Shown: in pieces, positions 1 through 12,297 of the stretch
Layout of the letters: every line of letters begins with the position of its first letter
How positions within the stretch are numbered: position 1 is the stretch's first letter
Source of the DNA: Eledone cirrhosa
Lineage: Eukaryota
Length of the DNA stretch: 64,000 nt
Direction of reading: 5' to 3'
Assembly (NCBI GenBank): GCA_964016885.1
Contig: OZ024744.1
Span: forward strand, 112,592,001 to 112,656,000
Program-made: the position numbers and the translations under genes
The notes under the pieces: generated by a model
Database searches by the model: none
What the model was told of the DNA's origin: nothing
What the model saw: the letters and a program-made list of their open reading frames with translations, nothing else

Positions 1-3000
1 TTTTTCAAATGTTTTTATAGATACATTCTTGTCTATTGGAACAGACATATCAATTAGCAGGCATACCCTCTTTTTAAATTCCTTCAATATTATATCAGGT
101 CTATTTGCATCTATTTTTCGGTCTGTTTGGATGCTAAAGTTCCACAAGATTGAGATGTGATCTTTTTCAAGTATGGGAGGTGGTTGATGCTCCCACCAAT
201 TCTTTTGATGGGGCAGGGCAAAATGCTTACACATTATCCAATGTATGTATTGTGCAGCTCTGTCATGCCTGTTTAGGTATTCGGTTGGAGCTATAGGACT
301 GCACATTGAAATTATATGGTCAATGGTCTCTGGTTGTTTTTTGCATACACGGCATAATGGGCTGCATCCATTTTTTATTATGTTGGCTTGGTAATTTTTT
401 GTTGGCAGACACTGATCTTGTGCTGATATAATCAGTCCTTCAGTCTCCGATTTCAGTCCAGAGGATGCCAACCACTGATGAGTTAAAGTTTTGTCAACAT
501 CAGGATTGTTAGCTCGCTCTGGGTATTTTCCATACAGAGGCTTTTCTTGCCATTTCTTAGCCAGTTTCTGTAGCAGTTCTTTCTTTGCAGTTACTTTTAC
601 CTGCTTTGCTTTTTCTGTGTTTTCCATTTCAGCAGTAAATGGGACTTCTGAAATTTGTAGTCCATTACTGTATCTTTTGTAATGGAATATGATCTTTTGA
701 TGCTTTCGTATTTCAAAACGAGTTTGATCATCCAATCATGTGATTCCCTTAGATATGTAGATAATCCAATTGTTGCAGTTTTCAACGCAATGTCTAACTG
801 GATTAACCCACGTCCTCCTTCTTTCCTAGGGAGATATATTCTATCTATATCTGCCTTAGGGTGATGCATTCTGTGCATGGTTAAGAATTTTCGAATTTTT
901 GTATCGATATTTGTAAGTTTTTTCTTGATCAAGTTCTCTTATCACGTTCCCCCGATCAAGATTAATGTCTGAACTCTTCAGCAGCTTTCCTCTGGTGAAC
1001 GTTGCTTTGGCGCATTTATCTAGTCCAAACTCCATTTTAATGTCATCACTGAACTGCTCCACAGTGGATAATAGCCCTTGCAATTGTTCATCATTTTTTG
1101 CAAATAGTTTCAGGTCATCCATGTAGAACAGGTGATTAATGGTTTTGTCATAGACTTTATATCCATGTTTTGTTTCATTGAGCATTTTACTTAATGGTAT
1201 AAGTGCGATGCAGAATAAAAGCGGTGATAAAGAGTCACCCTGAAAAATTCCACAATTAATATTAACTTCTCCAGCTTCCAGTGATTTTGTTTCATTATTC
1301 AAAAGGAGTGTCGTTTTCCATGTCTTCATACTGAATGACAAAAACCTCCTGACAACGGGGGATATTTTGAAAATCTCTAAACATTTTTCAATCCAACTGT
1401 GTGGCAAACTATCGAATGCTTTTTTATAATCTATCCAAGCATTCGATAGATTTTTGTGTCTATTATGACAATCTTCCAGTATCATTTTGTTAACCAGAAG
1501 CTGATCCTTACAGCCATATGAGCCTCGTTTACACCCTTTCTGCTCAATGGGAAATACGTCATTTGTTATCAGGTGGTCATATGTGTATTCAGTTAGGACT
1601 GATGTTAAAATGTTATACATTGTGGTCAAGCAAGTTATCGGTCTGTAATTTTTGGGATTGTTTGTCTCATCATTCTTCGGAAGCAGGAATGTAATGCCGT
1701 TAACTAGCCATGATGGTATCTTTTCTGGCCCCTTAACTATTTCATTGTAAAGTTGGGCTAACAGCTCATGAGACTCTGTGAAGGCATTTATCCAAAAGTT
1801 TTGTATTTTGTCTTTTCCTGGGGATTTCCATTTGCTGGTTTTTCTTAGAGCCAAGCGCAACTGTTCAACTATTATATTTTCCCATATTTGTTCCTCAAGG
1901 TGAGCTGTATCTTTCATTTGTCTGTCTATCCATGGGGCATGTATGTTATGAACTTTTTCTTCGGCCCAGATCTTTTCCCAGAATTCTTGCACTTCCTCCT
2001 TGGGTGGTATTGATTTAGCAGTTATTGTTGACTTACCAATTTTTCTGTAGAAGTTTCTTTGGTTGTTTTTGAACATATTATTGTCCTTATAGAATCTAAA
2101 TCGTTTTTCAAAGCGCCTTATACGAGCAGCTTTGGCCGACACTTTTTGCTTGATTATTTCTATCAGCATGTCTATGTCACATGTTGATTTTATACTGTAC
2201 TTTTTTTTCAATTTTCTAAGTTTAGTTTGTTTAACATGTTCACCTACTTTATAGTTTGTTAAAATTTCTATGTCAGATCGGAGAAGGTTTATTTGGCGAT
2301 TGATGTTCTCTTGCCAAGTAGATTTCTTGTGAGAATTCCTTTGTTTTTTCATCTTCACTCCACATAAGTGAGTGGTGACTTTAGCCGATGCATAATAGAG
2401 ATGATTCAAATCAGTAATGTTTAGTTTGTTTGTGATGATAATGTTTTTGAGAATTATGTTAGTCTTGTGTATTATCTTTTGGTTCTGTTTGGAGTTCTGG
2501 ATCTTAGGGAGGGTGTCTCGTTGCCCCATGTCAGATTCTTTCATTTTCATCCATTCGATCATAATTTCATCCTTCAATTTGGCAAGTTCATTCTCATTCA
2601 TTTCTTTATCATTTACGATCTCATTATTTTCATTTGGAGTTTCATCCTGAGCATGCACTCTCCCCACTTTTTCGATCCTTTCTTTAATTTGTTCTGTTGC
2701 CAGTGATTCCGCCTGGGATTCGAAGTGTTACAGTTTACCTCGTTTTCACTGACACATGTTTCATTTTCCCTTCGCTGACTTTGTGCTAATAGCTTGATCT
2801 GATCAATTTCTATATCAGTTAGTAACTTTTTTCTTACAATATTTCTTCGTATATTGGCTAGTTTGTTACTGTCAATATAGCCTCTGTTTTCGGGATGTTT
2901 CTTTTTCCAGTTGATATATGTCTGTTCTGTATTTGATGTATTTGATGGGTAGTACATGGCAGTGTAGAAAGCCTCAAGAACTTCTTTATTGTCTTCCCTT

Positions 3001-3395
3001 GACCATTTTTCTCTCGTTTTCTTTGGATTTCTTGGTGGTGAGCATGGAGGGCCAACAGTAGGAGTATTCCGGTTATGGGAGGTCTCCAGCTCCGAAGTGA
3101 TGGGAAGGTTTGAACCATTAGCTGATTTTTCGACCCCAGTCTGGTTCCTCTCTGAGGGACGCGGCTCTTTTTTACCCGGGTGACGGCCGATCCGGTATGA
3201 GATTTTATCATTAGACATTTACTTTATTTTGTCGCGTTTTATCCTTATCTGCCAAGGGGTAATCATTTCGTGTTACCACTTCTAGAACGAGTGTCAACCA
3301 AGACTAGAGGGGTCGTTCTCCCCTAGAGACACGGCTATTCCCCGCCGGCCGCCATCCCGGTATTTCTTGGTCACGGGGTTTTCTTTTTGTTGTTT
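1..3395 (-). mobile_element. R4/Dong-like non-LTR retrotransposon (family Dong-A), 5' end present, frameshifted, 3' end runs off window
   Basis: ORFs 2613-3218, 856-2667 and 597-932 carry RT motifs (KSPGKDKI, YRPITCL, DYKKAFDS, GIFQGDSLSP, FYMDDLK). Near-identical to 37386-39753, with a ~200 bp deletion near 905 and a 10 bp deletion near 680. Confidence 0.9.
856..2667 (-). pseudogene. Reverse transcriptase domain of Dong-A (disrupted)
   Basis: 603-aa ORF with YMDD and QGDSLSP; frameshifted at both ends relative to the intact copy. Confidence 0.9.
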
Positions 3396-3462
3396 TTTTA
3401 AATTGTTATTATCATGAGTGGTTCCTTAATGTGAGCATTGCGTGGCTTAAGAATGAAATTAT

Positions 3463-3755
3463 TAATAATTGTCTCCACTCCAGGCACAAGGCCAGCAATC
3501 ACCCAGTGCATTACAATAATATAATATACTTTTTGCTGTAGTTGCCTGTTATTGTTGTTGGCTATGTCGGTGGTGGTGCCGGGGCTTTTTATATTGTTGG
3601 TGAGGAAGGGGTGAGCCAGCAGTCCCATAGTTGTTGATGTTGACGTTTGGCCGGTGGCCAGGTCACTAAGTCAATCTATTTATATCTTATTATTATTATC
3701 AGTAATGAACTGGGTAATTGCTGGCCCCTTGTGCCTAAAGTAGAAACAATTATTA
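3463..3755. mobile_element. Two short SINE 3'-tail fragments in opposite orientation (3463-3515 minus; 3700-3755 plus)
   Basis: Both match the SINE tail at 57181-57240 (ggcacaaggccagcaa / ttgtgcctaaagtagaaacaattatt). Confidence 0.7.
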
Positions 3756-3831
3756 TTATATTTATTATTTATATTTATTATTTATATTTATTATTATTAT
3801 TATCTTATTATTTATATCTTATTATTATTAT

Positions 3832-6393
3832 CGGTCTTTGGCGGACCGAGACGGACACGAGATAAGCGATTCCAAGCGGATGTATGAGGCCTTTCGCCAG
3901 CACTTTGCTCGGTTGTTCGGGGAGAGTGGCGAGTCAGAGAGAGTAGCGGATTTCAGTCCCTACCTTGACGGCTTGCCGCGCATCTCGACGGTCGACGCTG
4001 AGCGCTGAGAAAGGCCGATTACTTCAGCCGAAATTCAGGACGCCCTTGTCGGCTGCATGAGGCGCAAGTCACCCGGCTTGGATGGCCTGCCCTACGAGCT
4101 TTACGTAAATATGCCAGACTTGTTCTCCGAACTCCTCGAAGCACTCTACTGTAACTGGCAGCAGAATGGGAGTATTCCCAGTTCTGTGAGCAGGGGAGTG
4201 GTGACGCTGATAAGGAAAGACGAGAACAAGAGGGATACATTAGACAACTTCAGGCCCATAACTCTGCTCAACACAGAGTTTAAGATTTTGGCCAAGGTGT
4301 TAGCAAAGAGATTGGCGCTTGTCGTCGAGGATTTGGTTGGGGAGGCGCAAACTTGCGCAATCCCAGCCAGGTCCATACACGACAATCTCCACCTCATGCG
4401 ATACATCATAGAGAGGGTAGGGTGTAAACCTGGCTTCGGTGGGGCATTGATCAATTTAGATCAATCGAAAGCATTCGATAGGGTCGACCATCGGTACCTG
4501 GAGTTTGTCCTCAAAGCAGCTGGCTTCGGCCCTGTCTTTAGAAGCTGGATCGTTGCAATGCACAGCGGCACACGCTCGGTGGTCAAGGTTAATGGCCACC
4601 TCTCGCAACCACTTCGGCTTTCCCGATCGGTCCGTCAAGGGTGCCCTCTCTCTTCCCTTCTGTACGTATTGACTCTCGAGCCTTTACTGCGGAAGCTGGA
4701 GCTGTTGCAGGGCATCCCGCTCGAACCGGGACGTGGAAAGGCGGTGTCGGCTTATGCGGACGACATCACCGTGATGGTGTCGAACACCTCAGAAATCGAG
4801 GTGGTCGGCACCTTATTGAAGGAATATGAAAGGTTGACAGGAGCCAAACTTAACCCGGAAAAGTCGGTGGGCTTGCAGCTCGGAACCTGGAGAGGCAAGC
4901 CCATGCCGTCCAACAGCGTCGTGGGGCGCTGGACGGACCAATAAAGTTGCTCGGGGTCTGGGTCGGACCAGACCTCCAGGTGGAAAAGAATTGGGACGAG
5001 GTAACGAGCAGAGTAGCCAGTCTCACCCAAAAATGGGCTGGGAGGAAGCTATCACTGAAAGGTCGCGCGGAGGTGGCGAATGCGTACATCGCGTCCGTCA
5101 TCTATTACCGCCTAACCGTCGTGCCTTGCCCCCGTCCGCGCCCCGTCAAGTTGGAACGGCTCCTCTTCAAATTCTTGTGGAGGGGACAAGTTCCGTTGGT
5201 GAGGCGGTCCATCTGCTGCCAGCACCCTCTATGCGGAGGGCTGGGCATGCCGTGGCTAATGATGCGCAGACATGCGTTGAGGCTGCGACATCTCCAGATA
5301 TTCTGCCTCAACGGTGAACAGGTGTGGTCGCCGTTTATCAGACGGGCCTTTCCGCAGCTCATTTCTTTGACTGAGCTGCAGTCCTGGGTCAAGAAGAGAC
5401 CGAGACTGGGTGACTGGCACCTGGAATGTTGCCAGGCACTCACTGCCCTCTACCAAGCGGGCAATGCGATCAGTGGAACTTCCACTCTCGAGTTCTATAG
5501 AGGATTAGTGGTGGGCAAGTGCGATGACGCACTCGGAGAAGCTTTGGGCCTCGACGAAGTCGAACTGACCAGTCTGTACCGGAGGACTTTTGAGCCGGGG
5601 ACGATGGACAATTTCCAGAAATCCCTCGCTTGGCAGTGCTACCGGGGGGCACTGCCGGTTCGGGATAAACTCTACAGGCACGGAAGTGCTGTCAGACGGA
5701 CCTGCCCAAGATGCGCACAGAACGACGAAACCGTTCTGCACGCACTTGTCCAATGTCCGTGCATTACTGACTTGTGGAGTTATGTCGAACAGCTACTGTC
5801 GCGTGTGGAACGAATCCAGTTATCGGCCGAGTCCATAGTGTAGATCGAGCCGCCACCTTCCTTAGGTCAGGAAGAGCAGGACATTTTCCTCTGTCTGGTG
5901 GCAGTTGCGAAAGAGATTATATGGTGGATCAGGTTGAAAGGACTAAAGACAGACACTTTTCTCTTCGGCCAATCCCTCATCAACTTCTTCAAGTTTCACC
6001 TGGAAAGGAGGGTGAGGGTGGAGAGAGAAGTGCTGCCCCCCAGTACATTTGCTAAAAGGTGGGTGGATGTGGCGAGAATGGCTCGTGTGATTGGGCCTAC
6101 TCTGACCATGCGCCTATAGGCTGGCTAACTTGAGGAGAGGGGTGCTCTCCTGGGTGCCCTAGAAGCGCAGGGTGGTTCAGGATTGGTGGGGTACCCGAAT
6201 CACCCCAGGGTCGTCCACCCCCTATCGGGGAATCTATTTTGTTATATTTTGCATAGTTTATTTTATATTTTATATTTTCATTGTTAAATTAGTCTTGCCA
6301 TTGTGCACTTTTACTCGACCTTATTGTAAACCCCTAATGTCCCTGTCTTTGTATTGTCCCCTACATGTCGGCCCTTGTGGCTAATAAATGAAA

Positions 6394-6395
<2 letters not shown>
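3832..6395 (+). mobile_element. Tx1-like LINE family A, 5'-truncated (RT + C-terminal zinc finger + 3' UTR)
   Basis: ORFs 4057-4944 (DQSKAFD, QGCPLS, YADD) and 4947-5843 (CPRC...HALVQC) are split by stops. AATAAA precedes an (ATT)n tail; ATT-rich tract upstream. Confidence 0.9.

Positions 6396-6436
<41 letters not shown>
6396..6436. repeat. (ATT)n microsatellite / element tail at polarity switch
   Basis: Direct reading. Confidence 0.95.
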
Positions 6437-9400
6437 CTCGAATCGGCAACGCTCCCCGGTAGCACTGCCAGGCCAGGGATTTCCATAGGTCTCGGGCTGA
6501 AAGTTTTCTTGAAGAGAGCGAACAGCTGATCGTCTTCCACGCCCAGGGTCTCCCCGAGAACGTCGTCACTCTTCCCCTCCACTAGTCCCCTATTGAACGC
6601 CGAGGTGGATGTTCCACCGATACTACTGCCCAGCTGGTAGAAGGCTGTGAGCGCTTGGAGACACTCCAGCTTCCAAACGCTATCCCTAGGTTTTTTCCTG
6701 ATCCAGGACTGCAGCTCCGTTAATGAGACCAGCTGGGTAAAAACACGTCTTGAAAGCGCTGACCACACCTGTTCACCGTCAAGGAAGCACCAGAGATGTA
6801 GCAGCCTCAGCGAGTGTTTGCGCATCATCAGCCATAGCATGCCCAGCCCTCCACACAACGGGTGTTGACAGCAGATGGATCGTCTGACCATGGGAGCATG
6901 TCCCTTCCAGAAAAAGCGGAAGAGGAGACGCTCCATTTTTGTGAGAGTTGGTGCGGAGCAAGGCACAACCGTTAGGCGGTAGCAGATGACGGATGCGATG
7001 AACGCATTCGCCACCTCTGCCCGACCCTTCAGGGACAGCTTCCTCTCGGCCCATTTCTGGGTGAGAGAGGCCACCCTATCCGTCACCTCACTCCAGTTTT
7101 TCTCCATCTGGAGGACCAGACGCCGAGCAATTTAACCGGACCTTCCGTCCAGCGTCCCACTACACTGTCGGGCGGCATGGACTTGCCTCTCCAGGTGCCG
7201 AGCTGCAAGCCCACCGACTTTTCCTGGTTTACCTTTGCTCCTGTCACTGCTTCATATTCCTTGAGAGCGGTGCCCAGCATCTGGACATGTCCGGCCCTTG
7301 ACACCACCACGGTAATGTCGTCGGCGTAAGCCGATACGGATCACCCACATCCCAGTTCGCGTGGGACGTCTCTCATCGCCTCCAATTTGTTCAGTAACGG
7401 CTCTAGGGCCAATACGTACAAGAGTGACGAGAGGTGACAACCCTGACGGACCGAGCGCATGATGCTGAACAGCTGTGACAGATGACCGTTCACCTTCACA
7501 ACTAAACAGATGTCGCTGTGCATCGCAGCGATCCAACCCCTGAAAACGGGCCCGAAACCAGCCGTCTCGAGGACCGCCGTCAGGTACCGATGGTCGACCT
7601 TATCGAATGCCTTAGATTGATCTAAGTTGATCAGGGCCCCACCCGTACCAGGTTCCTTAACCACCCTCTCTATGATGTATCGCATGAGGTGGAGGTTGTC
7701 GTGGATGGATCTGTCTGGAATGGTGCATGTCTGCGCCTCTCCCACCAGACCCTTGACGACAAGCGCCAACCTCGTTGCTAACAGCTTGGCCAAAATCTTG
7801 AAATCTGTGTTTAACAGAGTTATGGGCCTGAAGTTGTCTATAACGTCCCCTTTGTTCGGGTCTTTTCTCAACAGCGCCACTGCTCCCCGGCTCACAAAAC
7901 TGGGAATGTTCCCGTTCTGCTGCCAGTTGCAGTAGAGGTCTGCCAAGAGGTCACCGAACAAGTCTGGCATAAATGCATAAAGCTCGTAGGGCAGACCATC
8001 CAAACCTGGCGTTTTACCCCTCGTGCAGTCAGACATCGCTTCCCGTATTTCACCGGCTGTTGTCGGCTTTTCGCAGCACTGCACTGGGGTCGTCGAGAGC
8101 TGCGGCAGTCCCTCAAGGTATGCACTGAAGTTCATACTCCGATCTGGCCTGCCACTGCTCCCAAACATTTGAGCAAAAATCCTCACACATCTGCTCGGGT
8201 TCGAGTAACTTTAGCCCGTTTCGATCAGGAAAAGACCGAATTGTGGATTTGTTACCACGTCAACTTCCACCACCCGGGCCCATTGAACGGCTTTCGTCCC
8301 CTCGTGTCTTAGAGCATGCGCTCTAGCTCTGACAACGCAGCCTTCTTGCTTTGCGCAGAAGAATTGGTCGAGTGCCATTCTCGCCGCAAGCCCGTCGGTT
8401 GCGATGCCTGTCCTAAACGCCTCTTCTAGTTTTCTAACTAGCTCTTCCTCTACTCTATTTTCCTCTATCTTTACTCCTTTGCTAAACCTTATTGATTCTA
8501 CGCTAATTGCCCTTTTCAGGGTATAACACCACCTGTTGTTGACGATCGCACCTCTCAACGCACGCTTAAGTAATTCGCTAATCCGGTCTCTTTAAGCTTT
8601 GCACGCCGGGAACGACGCGTTCAGCTTCCAGTAACCGGGCCCTTGCCTATGTCAATTTCACAGATCACAAATTTGTGGTCCGTGTAGTCGACTACTTTAA
8701 ATTGTGGACAACCTACACTAGCCTTATCTGTTTCCCTACAGAATACCCTATCTAAATACAATCTGGATGACTCGATGCGGTTTGCCCATGACCACATTGG
8801 CACATTCGGATAATCCAGTTTATAACTGCCAGACAGTTCAAAACGTCTGAGCAGGTTGTTGAGGCTTTTACACCCTCCTCCCCTGTCTAATCCCAGCTAG
8901 CATCTAAGATACCGTTCCAGTCCCCCACTAACACTAAAGAGCGGGACGTTCCAAAAAAGGTCTCTAGATGTCTGAAGAAATCTGGCCGTCCTGCCTCTGT
9001 TGGGGCGTAGACTGCTACAAGCCTGAAAGTATTGCCTTCGCTGTCGGTCACGTCCAGCACCACCGACTTACCTTCTGGGTCCAGGAAAATGGCCCGTATA
9101 GCGAGATCCAAGCCTCTCCGAAAAAACACAGCAACTCCCCCCCCCCCCCCGCTCCCTGACGGCTGGGAGATGTGTATACATCGTAGCCGCCGAAGATCGG
9201 TGCGAAGGCTCGTACTTCAGAGATTCTGGTCTCGCTGATGGTCACCACATCTATGTTTAGTGACCTGAGGTCGTTCAGCAGGTGACCCTGCTTACAAGAT
9301 GACCCCAGGCCACGTACATTATACTGCCTATTCTAAGTACGACCATGCTGGATGAGGAAACGGGGTAAGTGAGAAAGGATCACTTACCTTGATCGTATGG

Positions 9401-11634
9401 GGAAGGAACAGTAGAACCGTATCTTCGGCTGGTCATGGGTGTCTCCATAATGATATCTGTATATATTATTTTGGAGACTGACCCCTGAAATCTCCAACTG
9501 TGTTGGGGAATTTTTGCTTTAATTGTTTATAGTCTTCCAGTTTAATTTCGACAATCGTAATGTTTTGGGGTAGTGTTCTTTGGGTGTAGGTGGGGTGTGG
9601 TAATGGTAATTTGAGTCTGTAATGTCTGTGTGCTGCTTTATATGTTCCATTAATCTTTGTGTGTGATATTTATGGCTGTGTATTTTTTTTTAGGGGGGGG
9701 GGGCGTTTTGATTTTGTTGCTGTGTTCTTGTTGTTGCTGTTGGGTGTGTGTGCTTTGTTGTGTTTGCTATGTTGGTATTTTTGGTGATGCTGGTGGTGAT
9801 GTTGGTGGTGATGCTGGTGGTGATGTTGGTGGTGATGCTGGTGGTGATGTTGGTGGTGATGCTGGTGGTGATGCTGGTGGTGATGCTGGTGGTGATGTGG
9901 TTGTTGGTGGTGATGTTTGTGGTGTTGCTGCAAGTCTCCGTGCAGTCTTTACACCTTTTTCTTTGCCTTCGCTTTTGGAGGGAGAAGCTGTGGTGTTTTT
10001 GCGTTTGTTCTTTTTGTTGTCAACCGTTTTCCACTCCTCAGCCGCCTCATACTCCATGTCCGCCTGTGAGGCGTCGGGGAGGGGTATGAGTTCTACCCTC
10101 TCATGTGTCTTTGTTGTTGTTGGTGGTGGTGGTGGAGCCTGGTCTGCCGTTCTTGCAGCTAGTGCAACTGTTTCTGTTGCTGCAGCTGCCGCCGCTGTTT
10201 TTGTTGTGCGTGGCTTTGGTGTGGGTGCCACGGACGTTGTCTTCCTACTCTCTGTAGAATCTTTCGACTTTTTCGCTGACTGCTCTGTTTCTGATGGCAG
10301 CGGTTCCGGCGTTGGAAGGAGGGGACTCTTCGCCTTTGCTATTTTCTGGGGGCAGAAAGCCCTGAGCTGAGACTTCGATCCGCAGTTGAAGCACTTTCGG
10401 CGCCTTCCTTCCACAGATATGGGAAGTTGGGAGCCATTCCCGGGGTCTATTACGTCGGGAATAGCGCTGATGCAGTCCTGGTTGGTTTGGATGAGCATCT
10501 CCATTCCAATACTGGACCAGTACCCTCTTCCCAACTTCTGTACCTGCAGAATGGTTATTCTATCCTCGATGCCCGTAAGAACAGACACGACCAGCCAAGG
10601 CACGGGTACGTAGGGCGTGACCTGGCTTACCCCGACCTTTGTTAGTTTTTTCCCGCAGTAAAATGGGACTAACGTTATGTCATCACTCCGTAGGGTCCTC
10701 ATTGAGTGCGATTTTGCTTCCTGGGTGGTAGCAAAAAGAACGTCCACAGTAGCATATTTCTTGCCACGGGTGATGTGGGTTTTCCATGCTCACACAGTTC
10801 CCAAGGCCTTCTGGATTTGGGGCTCCGAGGCTCTCTCCACACGATGTGATTTCGTGACAATCGTGCGGTCTGACACTGTGCCTCGCTCTTGTTCCTCCAG
10901 GAAGTCGGTTGGTGGTTTCAAGGACACTGAAAATTCAGTTCTGGTTACCACGTGTCTTGCGACCGCCATCTTCTCCTCTGTGACCATGACTGTTTCTATG
11001 TTGCGAGTTACCTTTGCCAAAGAGGTAGTCCCTTTTTCAGTGGCATCATTGTTGCCACTACTGCCACTACTGCTGCTGCTACTGGTCTTGTTGTTGTTGT
11101 TGCTACTGCTACAAATGGTGTTGTTGGTGTTGCTGCTGCTACTGCTACTGCTACTACAGGTGTTATTGTTAATACTGCCGCTGCTGCTGCTGCTGCCTCC
11201 TTTGTTGTCAAATGCATCAGCAGCAGCTGCTTCTCGACCGTTGCTTGATGAAGAAGAGAAAGAAATGGCCTTTGCCTGACTTTCACTGTTTGACGATGAA
11301 GAAGACGAAAAGGAAAGCTGACAGCTGGGTGAAGGAAGAGAAGATTGAGAAGGATACCTTACTGAAGGAGTAATTTTTGTGTAGAGACATGTTAGAGAAA
11401 CAGATTTTTTGAATGACGCCATGTTTCTTCTTATTTTTTTTGCGGGACGTATTTGCTAAATACAAAGTTCAAATTGGAATTTAGCCCCGAAGGGCTAAAT
11501 ACGATTAATTTGGACCACCTCAAAAGAAGCGGGATATGTTTAAACACAAAAGAATATAATTAGTTCGCAATAAAAACTGTTAAAAAATCACAAACTTACG
11601 GGAACAAAATTTCCTGCGACGTGTATGCTTCCAC
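6437..11634 (-). mobile_element. Tx1-like LINE family B, 5' end present, 3'-truncated, degenerate
   Basis: ORF1 pieces 10790-11422 and 9767-10747 (poly-S/N, degenerate knuckle CFNCGSKSQLRAFC, Pro-rich). ORF2 pieces include APE (GDWN, LDRVF, TDHK) and RT 7341-8186. Stops at ...GALPIRD against the microsatellite. Confidence 0.9.
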
Positions 11635-11665
<31 letters not shown>

Positions 11666-11670
11666 GTAAT

Positions 11671-12244
11671 CTCACTATAAAGGCTGGAGACATGACATGA
11701 TAGGAAAGGTGATCCACTGGCATCTATGTAAAGTAAACAATTTACCACATTCTGAGAAGTGGTATGAGCATAAGCCAGAGTCGGTGATAGAAAACGATCA
11801 GGTGAAGGTGCTGTGGGATTTTAGGATACAGACGGACAAGAAATTAGAACACAATAGGCCTGACCTGGTGGTTTTGGACAAGAAAAAAAGATTGTGCCTG
11901 ATTGTAGATGTAGCTCAGCCCTTTGACACGAGAGTGCAAGACAAGGAGAAGAAGAAAATTAACCGATACCAGGATTTAAAGTGGGAGGTAAAAAGGATTT
12001 GGAACTGTCATGAGATGAAGGTCATCCCAGTTGTCATAGAAACACTAGGTACTATCTCAAAGAGTTTCCAAGGATGGTTAAAGAAGATTAGTCCAGCCCT
12101 GTTTTTTTTAATACTTCAAACGGCATGCTTGCTGGGAACAGCAACAACCCTCCGATACGTCCTGAATATCTGAGGCTGCAGGTAGCGGCTTGATATTCAT
12201 TTCAACAAACTTTCCAGTTAAATAACATCAATGACTGAGACTCC

Positions 12245-12245
<1 letters not shown>
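11671..12245 (+). mobile_element. R4/Dong-like 3' fragment (family Dong-B, restriction-like endonuclease), flanked by (AAT)n
   Basis: ORF 11697-12173 has RPDLVVLD...IVDV...KxxRY RLE motif; (AAT)n at 11635-11670 and 12246-12283. Confidence 0.88.
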
Positions 12246-12278
<33 letters not shown>

Positions 12279-12297
12279 TAAATATACCACAAAAACG

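Noticed and set aside
9657-11279. Hydrophobic poly-L/V/C ORFs resembling membrane proteins (also near 17051, 23023, 35110)
   Set aside because: They are antisense frames of ORF1 trinucleotide repeats.
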